From positions 14,880,001-14,944,000 of the forward strand of contig JBHGNT010000004.1 of the NCBI GenBank assembly GCA_043228905.1: a DNA stretch of 64,000 nt, in the 5' to 3' direction. Below the pieces are notes generated by a model. That model was not told the origin of the DNA, did not search any database, and saw nothing but the letters and a program-made list of their open reading frames with translations. How positions within the stretch are numbered: position 1 is the first letter of the stretch; each line of letters starts with the position of its first letter. The position numbers and the translations under genes were made by a program. Source of the DNA: Azolla caroliniana (Eukaryota > Plantae > Polypodiophyta). This document shows positions 36,111 through 46,652 of the stretch, piece by piece.

Positions 36111-38212
36111 CCACAACTTCCGGTTGTGGTCGTCTATGAACGTCGCGAAGTACTGCGATACGGCATGTTACTTCGTGTCCACTTGGCATACATTGGTATG
36201 CACAAGTTCCAATGGTGCATTCCGTCTTGTCGGTGGCCTTGTCCGGAAAGAGGTTCGGTTTTGCTTGCCAGCCAAATACTTAGTGCACTTCTCAAGTTGC
36301 ACGTCTTTCACCTCCGGAATGAGGTTATCTTCGGCAAGTCTCTGCAGAACTTCATGACTCTATTCCGGATGCTACCCGTGTAGCCTTCATCATCTAGCGG
36401 ACCGACTAATATCAGGTTCAACCGAACCTCTGAAACGTGTAGTACATATTTCAGTAGCAACTCTCACCCAGTTGACGTCGTAAACTACACGTCTCCTATG
36501 CCGACAATTTGCCAAGCACCTTCATTTCCCATTCGGACAGAACCGTGATCTCCGGCTCTGTAAGTTGAGAATCACTTCCGGTCAGGGGTCAGGTGGAATG
36601 ATGCTCCGGAGACAACCACCCATGTCAGCTCGTCGCTAACAAGATGTGGCTCACTCTCCTTGGTGATCAGCGGTAGTTCTTCCTCACTTGTCGTGATTGC
36701 CGACGTTCCTCTTCTTTCCGAAATCTTCTTCGGTTCCGAAATGTCAACTCCCTCTTTGGCTTTCCAGAAGTGTCGGAAATTCTTCTAGAAGTGCCCCGGC
36801 TTTCCGCAATAAAAGCAAGTGGGTCTTCCCCTTGACTTCGACCTCGCCCCCGATTTGTCCCGGTTTTGGGGACTCCGATTCTAGCCTCTTCCCCGGTTAT
36901 GGTCATCTTCCGTGACCAAGACCTTCTAATTGGTTCCGGACTCCTAGTCCTTCCGGCGAGATTCTTCATCCAGCAAGCTTGATTTTACCCTTGCCAGGGA
37001 CAATTGTTTTCCTTCCGACCCGATGTTGCCCAAAGAAACAACTAGCGTCTCCCAACTATCTGAGAGCGAACCGAGCAGGAGCAACGCAAGTCCCTCGTCG
37101 GTGAGAGGTACTTCCAATGAGGTTGTTTGATTTATGAGCCCCATGAAAGCATTCATGTGCTCCACCATGTTGGATCTGCCTTGGTATCGGAGTCTCACTA
37201 ACTTCCAGAATGTCGAAACCTGATTTACGACATTCTTGCTCTCCAGCATGGTGTTGATTTTCTCCTAGAGCTCATTTTCCTTGTTCTCTTCATTGAAGTT
37301 ATTGTACAGGCTCATGTCGATGAAGCATCTTATGTATGCCGTCGTCTTCATATGCATCACCTCCCAGGTCGCGGCATCGATCTTGTCCTGCTTGTTGTCT
37401 CCAAACTATACCGGCAACCAGAGATCTTTAATCACCAACATGTCCCTCATCTTCGACTTCCACACTGGGTAGTTGGAGCCGGTGAGCTTGAACATGCTCC
37501 TAAATTATTCTTCCATTTTTCTTTCTTTGTTTGAAGTTTACAACTTTGCTCTGATACCAGATTGAGAGGAATAGTGCTCAACCACAACCGAGTCTCGATC
37601 ACTCAATGGAAGAAAATAGAACGGAAAAAAGGCAGATACAAGATGTTAACGTGGAAAACCCTAATCGGGAAAAACCACGGGAGCCCACAGAATCCAACTA
37701 TCACAATGAGAGGAAGGATACAATGCAAGACTTAGAGGCAATGACCTCGACCTTTATGTCTTCACCAACCGGCGGTTACAACAGAAGATACTTTATGTTT
37801 CCCTCTCGCTCTCTTTGTCTCTCTCTGTCACTCTGTACAACAATAATGATAACAACCAACACCTTCAACATATAATTTCCCTAAGTCATATTTATACTTA
37901 TATGACTTTAGGACTATTTACAAATATAGTCATGGCAAGCACATCACAAACATATTTACAGATATGTCCCTGGATCCGGTTTGTTGGGATTACGGTCCCT
38001 TCGGATGGGATGGTCGGATGTCGGAGATGAATGCCGACAAGCCCGGTTTCGGTTTCGGATCCGGATGACGAAGACCCCGGTTTCGGTACCGGATGACGAA
38101 TGTACCCGGAGAGCGATCCGGATGCAGGGACATATCCGTGAATATGTTCGCTATGGGCCCCTGAGGCTACAGTTGTAAATAGCCCAAAGTCATATAAGTA
38201 TAAATATGACTT

Positions 38213-39037
38213 GGATATGCGTGGACATTGCCACCGTGGTATTTGGTGAGATGGCTGATGTCGACTGAATGAAGAATTATTGTGTTAAGGATGAGTGAAG
38301 ATGGTGGGGAGGGTCGAAGCCAATGTGCAGGAGTGGGTGAGGACATGTTTTAACCTAAGTTTTTGTTGATTATACAGGATATGCGTGGACATTGGAACCA
38401 GGTTAATCGGTGAGATGGCTGATGTCGACTAAAGGAAGAAATATTTGTGGTGAGGATGAGTGAAGATGGTGGGGAGGGTCGAAGCCAATCATCACGAGTG
38501 GGTGAGGAATTTTTAGACGGATTTTATTCTTATCACAGATTTTTGGGGTTTTTGGGCAATGACGTTAATCGGAGACATGACTGATGTGGGTTAAATGAAG
38601 CATGGTTGTGATGAGACTATGGTCTAATCAATGTATGGCTGTTCTGAGTTTCAGCTTGAAGAAGACTACGGCCAAGAAGTAGCAGATTACCTCAATGGCT
38701 TGATTGGAGAGAGCAGTTTTGTATTACCTAAGTGGTACAAAAGGACATTCACAAAGGAAAATTAAAGGCCAAGGAACGGGAACAGCTATTGGACAACCAG
38801 GAATTTGTTTATAGGTTGAATATGGGTATACTAAAGAGCTTAGTATATGTGGAATCACATTCAGCCAATGTTGGCTGCAACATGATGTTTTTTAGAGGCC
38901 ATAACAAATGCCATCTTTATTTGGTCCCTTTTTTTACGATATATACTTATGGAGTGGAAACTATTATGTACAATTTGTAGATTGCCTTTGGCATTGTTAA
39001 TTTTAATACCACTGGAGCATATTTTTTATGGAAAAAA
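38213..39037 (+). mobile_element. Poly(A)-tailed non-LTR retroposed insertion (5'-truncated LINE, SINE-like or retrocopy) with 13-bp TSD ATAAATATGACTT
   Basis: TSD at 38200-38212 and 39038-39050. A-run immediately before the second copy. Absent from the otherwise matching 3' LTR. Internal ~164-bp tandem units start at 38213 and 38377. Confidence 0.85.
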
Positions 39038-39463
39038 ATAAATATGACTTAGGGCAAATAGTTTTGTAGTTGCTTCTCATTTTTCTGTTTTTCCACTCAA
39101 GAGGAGTGAAGTGTAAGCAGCCGTGAGAGCGAGAGAGAGAGAGATAGAGCGCGAGAGAGGAAGAGGTAGACGCCTCTGTGTACTTCCGCCGCCTGTGGCG
39201 AGGACAGCGAGCTCAAGGTCGTCTCCTTGCAGCTCGCCATTGTATACTTCTCTGTATAGTGTTGCGTTGGAGTCTTGTACTCACGTGGTTTTTCCCGCCT
39301 GGGTTTTCCACGTTAATCCCTGTGTACTCGCGTCTTTGATTCTTTCGTGTGGTTCTTATTTTCTGCTGCATTGATCAACGACTACTCGGTTGTGGCCGAG
39401 CGGTGAAGGTGAATCGAAGCATCGATTCCCAACAAACTGGTATCAGAGCGACTGTTGCAGAAA

Positions 39464-42400
39464 ATGGAAGGCGGCGGCAGCGGGCAGCCGATGATGATGG
39501 TGCTGAATGCACAGAATTACGCCGACTGGAAGATCAAGATGGAGGATCTTCTGATTGTTCGGGACCTGTACGAACCGATTGACAGGTCGGAAATACCGAA
39601 AGGGGTACTTGAGTCGGAGTGGAAGCTCCTGAACCGGAAAGCCGTAGCGACGATCCGACAATATGTCGATGTAAGTGTCCTACAACATGTGGCGAACGAC
39701 ACCAACGCATATGAGATGTGGAAGAAGCTGTCGGGCCTCTATGAGAGGAAGAATGCGTTGAACCGGACCTCCCTGATGAGGAAGATAGTGAACCTCAAGT
39801 ATCGAGACGGCGAGAGTATGGTGGAACACGTAAGCACGTTCATGGGATTCGTGAATCAGCTTGCGGCGATCAAGTTCCCGTTGGAGGATGCAATGCAAGC
39901 CATCATCCTGATGTGTACATTGCCGGAAAGCTGGGAGAACTTGGTGGTGACTCTCAGCACCTCCTGTACAGAAGATAACTTGTCTTTGCAAACGGTAAAG
40001 ACGAGTATTTTGAATGAAGAAGCGCGTCGGAGAGATAAAGAACCGGCCTCCGACCCGAAGGCGCTGCTTACCGAATCGGATCGGGGAAGACAATGGAACC
40101 GGAGTCCGCAAAGACGGGAGAAGTCGGGGACCCGGTCGCAGTCAAGAGGAAGGCCCACATGCTTCCACTGTGGGAAGCCGGGGCACTTTCGAAAGAATTG
40201 TCGGCATTACCGAAAAGACAACGGAGCCGACGACACCGATTCGAAGAAGTCACCGGAGAGAAACGGTGCATACCGGGGAGCCACGGACCGGAGAGGTTCG
40301 GATCGACGAGGGCAGGACCGGAAAGGAACGACGGCACTCGCGGCAAGTGAAGAAGAGATAATGCTCATTACCGAAGAGAGGGAGCTGAACCTTGCCGGCA
40401 ATGAGACGACCTGGGTGGTCGATTCCGGAGCATCGTTCCACCTGACCCCGGAGAGAAGATACTTCTCATCCTACACAGCCGGTGAGCATGGCTGTGTTCG
40501 GATGGGAAATGAAGGTACGTGCCGGATTGCCGGCATCGGAGACGTGTGGTTGACAACCCCGACCGGATGCAAAATGCTGTTGAAGGATGTCCGACACGTT
40601 CCGGAGGTTCGATTGAACCTGATTTCGGCCGGGAGGCTAGACGATGAAGGCTACACAGGTAGCATCCGGAACGGCGTAATGAAGTTCAGCAAGGGGAGCC
40701 TGATAGTGGCTCGGGCCCGGAAAGACAACACACTGTACCTGATGAATGCCCGGTTATGTCCGGAAGAGCTGAATGTGGCAGCCGACACTGCCGGTGAGCT
40801 GTGGCACAAAAGACTGTGCCACATGAGTGAGAAGGGGATGAAGAGGCTTGCAGAAGACAACCTTATCCCAGTGAAGCATGTGCACCTGGAGAAGTGCACC
40901 GATTGCCTGGCCGGTAAGCAGAACCGAACCTCCTTTCACTCAAGGCCACCGACGAGACGTAGCGCACCATTGGAGTTGGTGCACACCGACGTGTGTCAGG
41001 TAGAAACGAAGTCACATGGCGGAGCCCAGTACTTCGTGACATTCATTGATGATCACAGCCGGAAGCTGTGGACGGCACCGTTGAAGACAAAGGACCAAGT
41101 GTTGTCCGTCTTCAAAGAACTCCACGCGAGAGTGGAAAGAGAATCCGGCAAGAAGCTGAAAGCGATACGAGCGGATAACGGAGGGGAATACCGGGGGCAG
41201 TTCCTGGAGTACTGTCGCTCGAAGGGAATCCGACTCGAGTTTACTGTGCCGAAGACGCCGGAACTGAACGGGCTGGCCGAGAGGATGAACCGGACCATAA
41301 TGGAGAGGGTCCGGAGTATGCTGGCGCATGCGAAATTACCCAAGGGGTTTTGGGCTGAGGCAATGTCGACGGCGACATACGTGATAAACAGATCACCCTC
41401 AGTACCTTTGGACGGAGACACGCCACAGAAAGTGTGGACCGGTAAGGAAGTGTCCTACCGGCATCTGAAGGTGTTCGGGTGTCTCGCATACGTGCATGTG
41501 GCAAAGGACCGGAGAGGAAAGCTAGATCCAAAGACCCAGCCATGCATATTCCTCGGTTACGGCGATGACGAGTTCGGCTACCGAGTATGGGACCCGGTCG
41601 ACAAGAAGATATTCAGGAGTCGAGACATCATCTTCATGGAGGACAAGACACTCGCCGACTGGGAGTCGGAGAAGAAGGTGAAGAGCTCCAAGTCGACCGG
41701 TGAGGATCAACTCTACGAGGAGCAGTCCCGACCGGCAAGGGACCGGTTAGCACTCGAGGATCCGGCCGAAGACGGTGAAGAAACAGAACCGGCCGGAGAA
41801 GATGAAAACGATACCGGAACCGGCCCCGATCCCGAAATGGATTCGGATGAAGAAGAATCGGAAGAACCGGTTACCGAAGCTCCGGAACGGAGATATCCTC
41901 TAAGAGAGAGAAGGGCCCCCCGGAGATTTCCGGAACCAGAGCACGTGCTGCTAACCGACGAGGGGGAGCCGGAGAGCTTTGAAGAAGCAAAGCATGACAC
42001 CCAGAGCCGCAGGTGGTTGACTGCCATGCAAGACGAGATGGATTCCCTGCATGAGAACCACACATATGAACTTGTGGAGTTGCCGAAAGGAAAGCGGGCA
42101 CTTCGAAACAAGTGGGTGTTCAAGCTGAAACCGGGAGATGCCGGAAACCCCCCGAGATACAAAGCCAGGATCGTGGTGAAGGGGTTTCAGCAAAAGAAGG
42201 GCGTCGACTTCGACGAGATATTTGCCCCGGTAGTGAAGATGACCTCCATCCGGACGGTGCTGAGCATAGCGGCAAGCATGGACCTCGAGGTAGAACAGAT
42301 GGACGTGAAGACGGCATTCCTTCACGGTGACCTCGAAGAAGAGATCTATATGCAGCAACCGGAAGGATTCGAGAAGGAAGGGAAGGAGCACCTGGTATGC

Positions 42401-43537
42401 CGGTTGAAGAAGAGCCTTTACGGACTGAAGCAGGCTCCCCGGCAATGGTACCGGAAGTTCGACTCCTTCATGACCGACGAAGGGTACCTCAAAACGCAGT
42501 CCGACCACTGCGTGTTTGTGAAGAAGTTCGAAGGAGGAGACTTTCTAATACTCCTCCTGTACGTGGACGACATGTTGATCGTCGGACGGGACCAGGTCAA
42601 GATACGGATGCTGAAGAAGGCTCTTCACCGAACCTTCTCAATGAAGGACCTGGGTCCGGCGAGGCAAATACTAGGGATGCACATCATCCGGGACCGGAAG
42701 AAGAAGCAGTTGTGGCTGTCACAGGAGAAGTACGTGACGAAGGTGCTTCACCGGTTCAACATGTCGGAAGCAAGACCGGTCGGATCGACCCTCCCGGCAA
42801 ACTGCAAGCTGTCCAGCAAGCAAAGTCCCAAGACAAAGGCTGAAAAGGAGGATATGATGAAAGTGCCGTATGCCTCAGCCGTCGGGAGCCTGATGTACGC
42901 CATGGTGTGTACGAGACCGGACATAGGATATGTAGTCGGAGTGGTGAGCCGGTACATGAGCAATCCCGGCAAAGAGCATTGGAACGCGGCCAAGTGGATA
43001 CTCCGATACCTGAAGGGCACAGCGAATGTGTGCCTCCGATTCGGCTCCGGTAAACCCGAACTCGACGGTTTCACCGATTCGGATATGTCGGCTGATGCAG
43101 ATACCAGCCGGTCCACATCAGGGTATGTGATGACGTATGCAGGGGGAGCTGTTTCATGGCAGTCGAGGCTGCAGAAGACGGTTGCGTTGTCAACCACGGA
43201 GGCGGAGTACATGGCGGCCGTTGAAGCCGGCAAGGAAATAATATGGATGAAGGACTTCATTAGAGAGCTCGGTATCCAACAGGAGGAGTACCGACTCTAC
43301 TGCGACAGTCAGAGTGCAATCCACCTTGCGAAGAATGCGGCCTATCACTCCCGGACGAAGCACATCCAGCGAAGATATCACTGGATCCGGGAAAGGATAG
43401 AAGACAAGGAGTTCGTGCTAACAAAGATCCACACGGACGAGAACGGGTCGGATATGCTGACCAAGGTCCTCACACCCGACAAGCTGGAAGCATGCCGGAA
43501 GAGGATCGGATTGGAGAGACATCCCATGCCGAAGTGA
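39464..43537 (+). CDS. Copia gag-pol polyprotein (Gag, CCHC, PR, GAG-pre-integrase, IN, RT, RNase H), 1357 aa from the first ATG
   Basis: Single open frame. CFHCGKPGHFRKNC, WVVDSGAS, HTDVC/ADNGGEY/LAERMN, LYVDDML, DSDM and YCDSQSA are all intact. Confidence 0.97.
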   Translation: MEGGGSGQPMMMVLNAQNYADWKIKMEDLLIVRDLYEPIDRSEIPKGVLESEWKLLNRKAVATIRQYVDVSVLQHVANDTNAYEMWKKLSGLYERKNALNRTSLMRKIVNLKYRDGESMVEHVSTFMGFVNQLAAIKFPLEDAMQAIILMCTLPESWENLVVTLSTSCTEDNLSLQTVKTSILNEEARRRDKEPASDPKALLTESDRGRQWNRSPQRREKSGTRSQSRGRPTCFHCGKPGHFRKNCRHYRKDNGADDTDSKKSPERNGAYRGATDRRGSDRRGQDRKGTTALAASEEEIMLITEERELNLAGNETTWVVDSGASFHLTPERRYFSSYTAGEHGCVRMGNEGTCRIAGIGDVWLTTPTGCKMLLKDVRHVPEVRLNLISAGRLDDEGYTGSIRNGVMKFSKGSLIVARARKDNTLYLMNARLCPEELNVAADTAGELWHKRLCHMSEKGMKRLAEDNLIPVKHVHLEKCTDCLAGKQNRTSFHSRPPTRRSAPLELVHTDVCQVETKSHGGAQYFVTFIDDHSRKLWTAPLKTKDQVLSVFKELHARVERESGKKLKAIRADNGGEYRGQFLEYCRSKGIRLEFTVPKTPELNGLAERMNRTIMERVRSMLAHAKLPKGFWAEAMSTATYVINRSPSVPLDGDTPQKVWTGKEVSYRHLKVFGCLAYVHVAKDRRGKLDPKTQPCIFLGYGDDEFGYRVWDPVDKKIFRSRDIIFMEDKTLADWESEKKVKSSKSTGEDQLYEEQSRPARDRLALEDPAEDGEETEPAGEDENDTGTGPDPEMDSDEEESEEPVTEAPERRYPLRERRAPRRFPEPEHVLLTDEGEPESFEEAKHDTQSRRWLTAMQDEMDSLHENHTYELVELPKGKRALRNKWVFKLKPGDAGNPPRYKARIVVKGFQQKKGVDFDEIFAPVVKMTSIRTVLSIAASMDLEVEQMDVKTAFLHGDLEEEIYMQQPEGFEKEGKEHLVCRLKKSLYGLKQAPRQWYRKFDSFMTDEGYLKTQSDHCVFVKKFEGGDFLILLLYVDDMLIVGRDQVKIRMLKKALHRTFSMKDLGPARQILGMHIIRDRKKKQLWLSQEKYVTKVLHRFNMSEARPVGSTLPANCKLSSKQSPKTKAEKEDMMKVPYASAVGSLMYAMVCTRPDIGYVVGVVSRYMSNPGKEHWNAAKWILRYLKGTANVCLRFGSGKPELDGFTDSDMSADADTSRSTSGYVMTYAGGAVSWQSRLQKTVALSTTEAEYMAAVEAGKEIIWMKDFIRELGIQQEEYRLYCDSQSAIHLAKNAAYHSRTKHIQRRYHWIRERIEDKEFVLTKIHTDENGSDMLTKVLTPDKLEACRKRIGLERHPMPK

Positions 43538-44744
43538 AGGGGGATTTTGTTGGGATTACGGTCCCTTCGGATGGGATGGTCGGATGTCGGAGATGAATGC
43601 CGACAAGCCCGGTTTCGGTTTCGGATCCGGATGACGAAGACCCCGGTTTCGGTACCGGATGACGAATGTACCCGGAGAGCGATCCGGATGCAGGGACATA
43701 TCCGTGAATATGTTCGCTATGGGCCCCTGAGGCTACAGTTGTAAATAGCCCAAAGTCATATAAGTATAAATATGACTTAGGGCAAATAGTTTTGTAGTTG
43801 CTTCTCATTTTTCTGTTTTTCCACTCAAGAGGAGTGAAGTGTAAGCAGCCGTGAGAGCGAGAGAGAGAGAGATAGAGCGCGAGAGAGGAAGAGGTAGACG
43901 CCTCTGTGTACTTCCGCCGCCTGTGGCGAGGACAGCGAGCTCAAGGTCGTCTCCTTGCAGCTCGCCATTGTATACTTCTCTGTATAGTGTTGCGTTGGAG
44001 TCTTGTACTCACGTGGTTTTTCCCGCCTGGGTTTTCCACGTTAATCCCTGTGTACTCGCGTCTTTGATTCTTTCGTGTGGTTCTTATTTTCTGCTGCATT
44101 GATCAACGACTACTCGGTTGTGGCCGAGCGGTGAAGGTGAATCGAAGCATCGATTCCCAACACGGTTCACGCTGGATCCATCCGGTCCAGTTCCTTCCTT
44201 CGGCTCGTCCAATCCGTCGCATCCGGGTCCTATCCGGAGGGACCAAATTCCCAACAATCATTTCTTCCTACGTATTCTTGAACTTGATAATATCTTACTA
44301 CGACCTTTGTCCTTCTCTAGAGTATATTATAGATTATTTTACCTTTACTAATACACTATTTGATCAATTTGCTATAATACATGCTCTTATTATTATGACC
44401 AATTGCCATTTTACTTCGAAACTTTGTCTCACACGGTCATTAATCACTACCAAATGGTGATTGTAAAGATAGTCAACCAAGGACCACAAGTCATTTATTT
44501 TTCATTCTCGTGCCTTACATTAACAACAATCTCTCTTCCTTATATCTTATTTTATTAAGTTTCTCTTTAACATTGAAATAGTACCATTCTTATCGTTATC
44601 ATTGGGCTATGAATGACCTTGGAATGCCATTTCCATTGGGGTAAGGGCATATCACTATCATTGGACCAATGTCAATGACACTTGTATCATGGAGTTACCA
44701 CTAGCATTGGGATGTATCCGCTAGTGGGAAATTGCCAATATGAA

Positions 44745-45122
44745 AGTGACAAATAAGAGGGAGAAAAAGTGAGATGGTTGAGTGGCTAAAGAATGAGACA
44801 AGAAAAGCCCATAAGTGCACATGTGCATGTGAACGTGATGGTTTTTTCAATGATGGGTTGTATGAGATGATAGTTGTTATGGTATGTGATCTAACCTTCC
44901 ATTCTTTACTTGCACGAGTACACTTGTAGGTGCTTGCTCCATCTATATACTTTGTCTGCAATGAAAATGTGTGTATGGACATACGTACTTGTGTGTAAAC
45001 TCTTGTCACTAACCAAGACATTGCCATGATGAAAGGAACAAAGAAGAGGGAGAAAAAGGAGGATGATGAAATAGTTCAAAAAAAGGACAAGAAACACCCC
45101 CTTTAAAGAGCATTGTACAAAA

Positions 45123-45159
<37 letters not shown>

Positions 45160-45355
45160 GAATAAGATCATTGAGAACCTAAATCAGGGAAGATGGTAAC
45201 ATCAACGATGGGTTGCAGAGATCATAGTTGTTCTAGCAAATGATCTAGCCTTCCCTTCTTAACTTGCATGGGTGCACATGTAGGTGCACACTATATGGGC
45301 ACTCTATTTGCAATGAAAAATTTTGTTTGAAGGTGTGTACATGTGTGTAAACTCA
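44745..45355. repeat. Degenerate tandem duplication (~290-350 bp), second copy containing a (GT)n microsatellite
   Basis: GAGGGAGAAAAAG...GATGGGTTG...GATCTA-CCTTCC...TGTAGGTGC...TGCAATGAAAA...TGTGTGTAAACTC occurs twice. Confidence 0.65.
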
Positions 45356-46410
45356 TGCTTTTATGAGTTAGTCCTTGATAATGATAAGGGAGTGTGTGCA
45401 AGAACGAATATGCCAAAGAAGCTCCGAAAGTGTTGAAGGGTCCTTATATAAGTATGATAAGCAAGTGTGTGCAAGAATGAGTGTACCCAAGAAGGTGCAA
45501 AAGTCTAAGCCTGTATGGGTGTTTGTATGCATATAAGTATGTTTATGTGTAAGAGTTTGTGAGTGCTCATATGTGTACATGCATCATCATAGTATGTAAT
45601 ATACTCAAATGCATTGGTAAACATTCTTTTTCATACGAATGTAAACAAATCTTTATGTTATCAAAACATTCTTATGTTTTTTTTTTTAACTTTTTACCTT
45701 AACTTTCTTACCTTTAAAAAAAAAACTTATAATAAATAATGAATATAAAAGTATGGTATTTACCATACTTTGAGGGTGTTTGCCATACTCGAATGATTGA
45801 AACATTCTCGAATGCGAATGTACGTATGGTTCATACTATGCATGCATGTATTGTGTGTATATGTGTTCATGTATCATCTGATATGTGTGTATAGATGTAA
45901 GTGTTTGTGAGTTTCAAGCTTGATGTGGGGCATCGATCGATGACATCAAGTTGCATCAACAGTTGCTATGTTGTTGGGGGCAATTGCCTCTTCTCTTAAT
46001 CCATTTTCTTGTGATTGCCAAATGAGGGGCCTCTATAGGCCCTCACCTTCCATAGAAATTCCTCTCCAATACTCCGAATTTTTGTGTGTAATTTTTCACC
46101 TAAGGCTAAGATTGTCAAGACGAAGATTGCGCTCTGATCTTGGTTTACATAACCAAACTATTTTTTACAATAGGAAACCCGTTTACATAATTAAGAAAGA
46201 AGGTTATAAAGATAATAAGATAATGAAGAAAGAAGGTTTATAAGAGTGTCGAGGAGAGATCCTTGAGTTTTGACGAGTCACAAAGTTTATCTACGATCCA
46301 CATCGCCTTGGTCGTCATAGGCCCCTCACACACCCTCATGATCCACTATCCTACAACTTGCAGCCACCATCACATTTTCAGCTCCCCGTGATGCAATATT
46401 TTTATATTAG

Positions 46411-46652
46411 AATCAAAATTCACTAACTACGAATGGATATTATTCAACATTTGGATATGTAACGTCATCATCTATCTCATATCAAGATGTCATTATTCAA
46501 AATTCACTAACTACGAATGGATATTATTCAACATTTGGATATGTAACGTCATCATCTATCTAATATGAAGATGTCATTATTCAAAATTCACTAACTACGA
46601 ATGGATATTATTCAACATTTGGATATGTAACGTCATTATCTATCTCATATGA
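46411..46652. repeat. 84-bp minisatellite, ~2.9 copies
   Basis: CAAAATTCACTAACTACGAATGG starts at 46414, 46498 and 46582. Confidence 0.93.

Larger units (their letters stand above)
37982..44162 (+). mobile_element. Intact, very young Ty1/copia element: 5' LTR 37982-39434 (contains an 838-bp addition), PBS 39438-39449, PPT ~43536-43544, 3' LTR 43548-44162, TSD CGGTT
   Basis: CGGTT at 37977-37981 and 44163-44167. 615-bp LTRs TGTTGGGA...TCCCAACA with no difference found by eye. Perfect TGGTATCAGAGC. Uninterrupted polyprotein. Confidence 0.98.
36111..44256 (-). mobile_element. 5' half of a copia family A-like element, reverse orientation: 5' LTR 37563-37981 plus 44168-44256 (split by a younger element), PBS 37548-37559, gag-PR-IN start
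   Basis: Minus-strand TGGTATCAGAGC next to the LTR end. gag MFKLTGSNY, WVVSGASF and FIDDHNRKLW. LTR start TGTTGGGAATTTGGTCCCTCCGG on the minus strand at 44256. Confidence 0.88.

Noticed and set aside
35319-36383. 354-aa ORF as a novel RNase H fusion protein
   Set aside because: The C-terminal ~90 aa is read-through across a deletion junction into the antisense strand of a copia integrase.
38732-38980. 82-aa ORF in the poly(A) insert as a LINE ORF2 tail
   Set aside because: No recognisable RT, RNase H or CCHC motif, and a GTG start; insufficient support.
39517-43381. Many antisense and alternate-frame ORFs over gag-pol
   Set aside because: Shadow ORFs expected in GC-rich coding DNA; no independent motifs.
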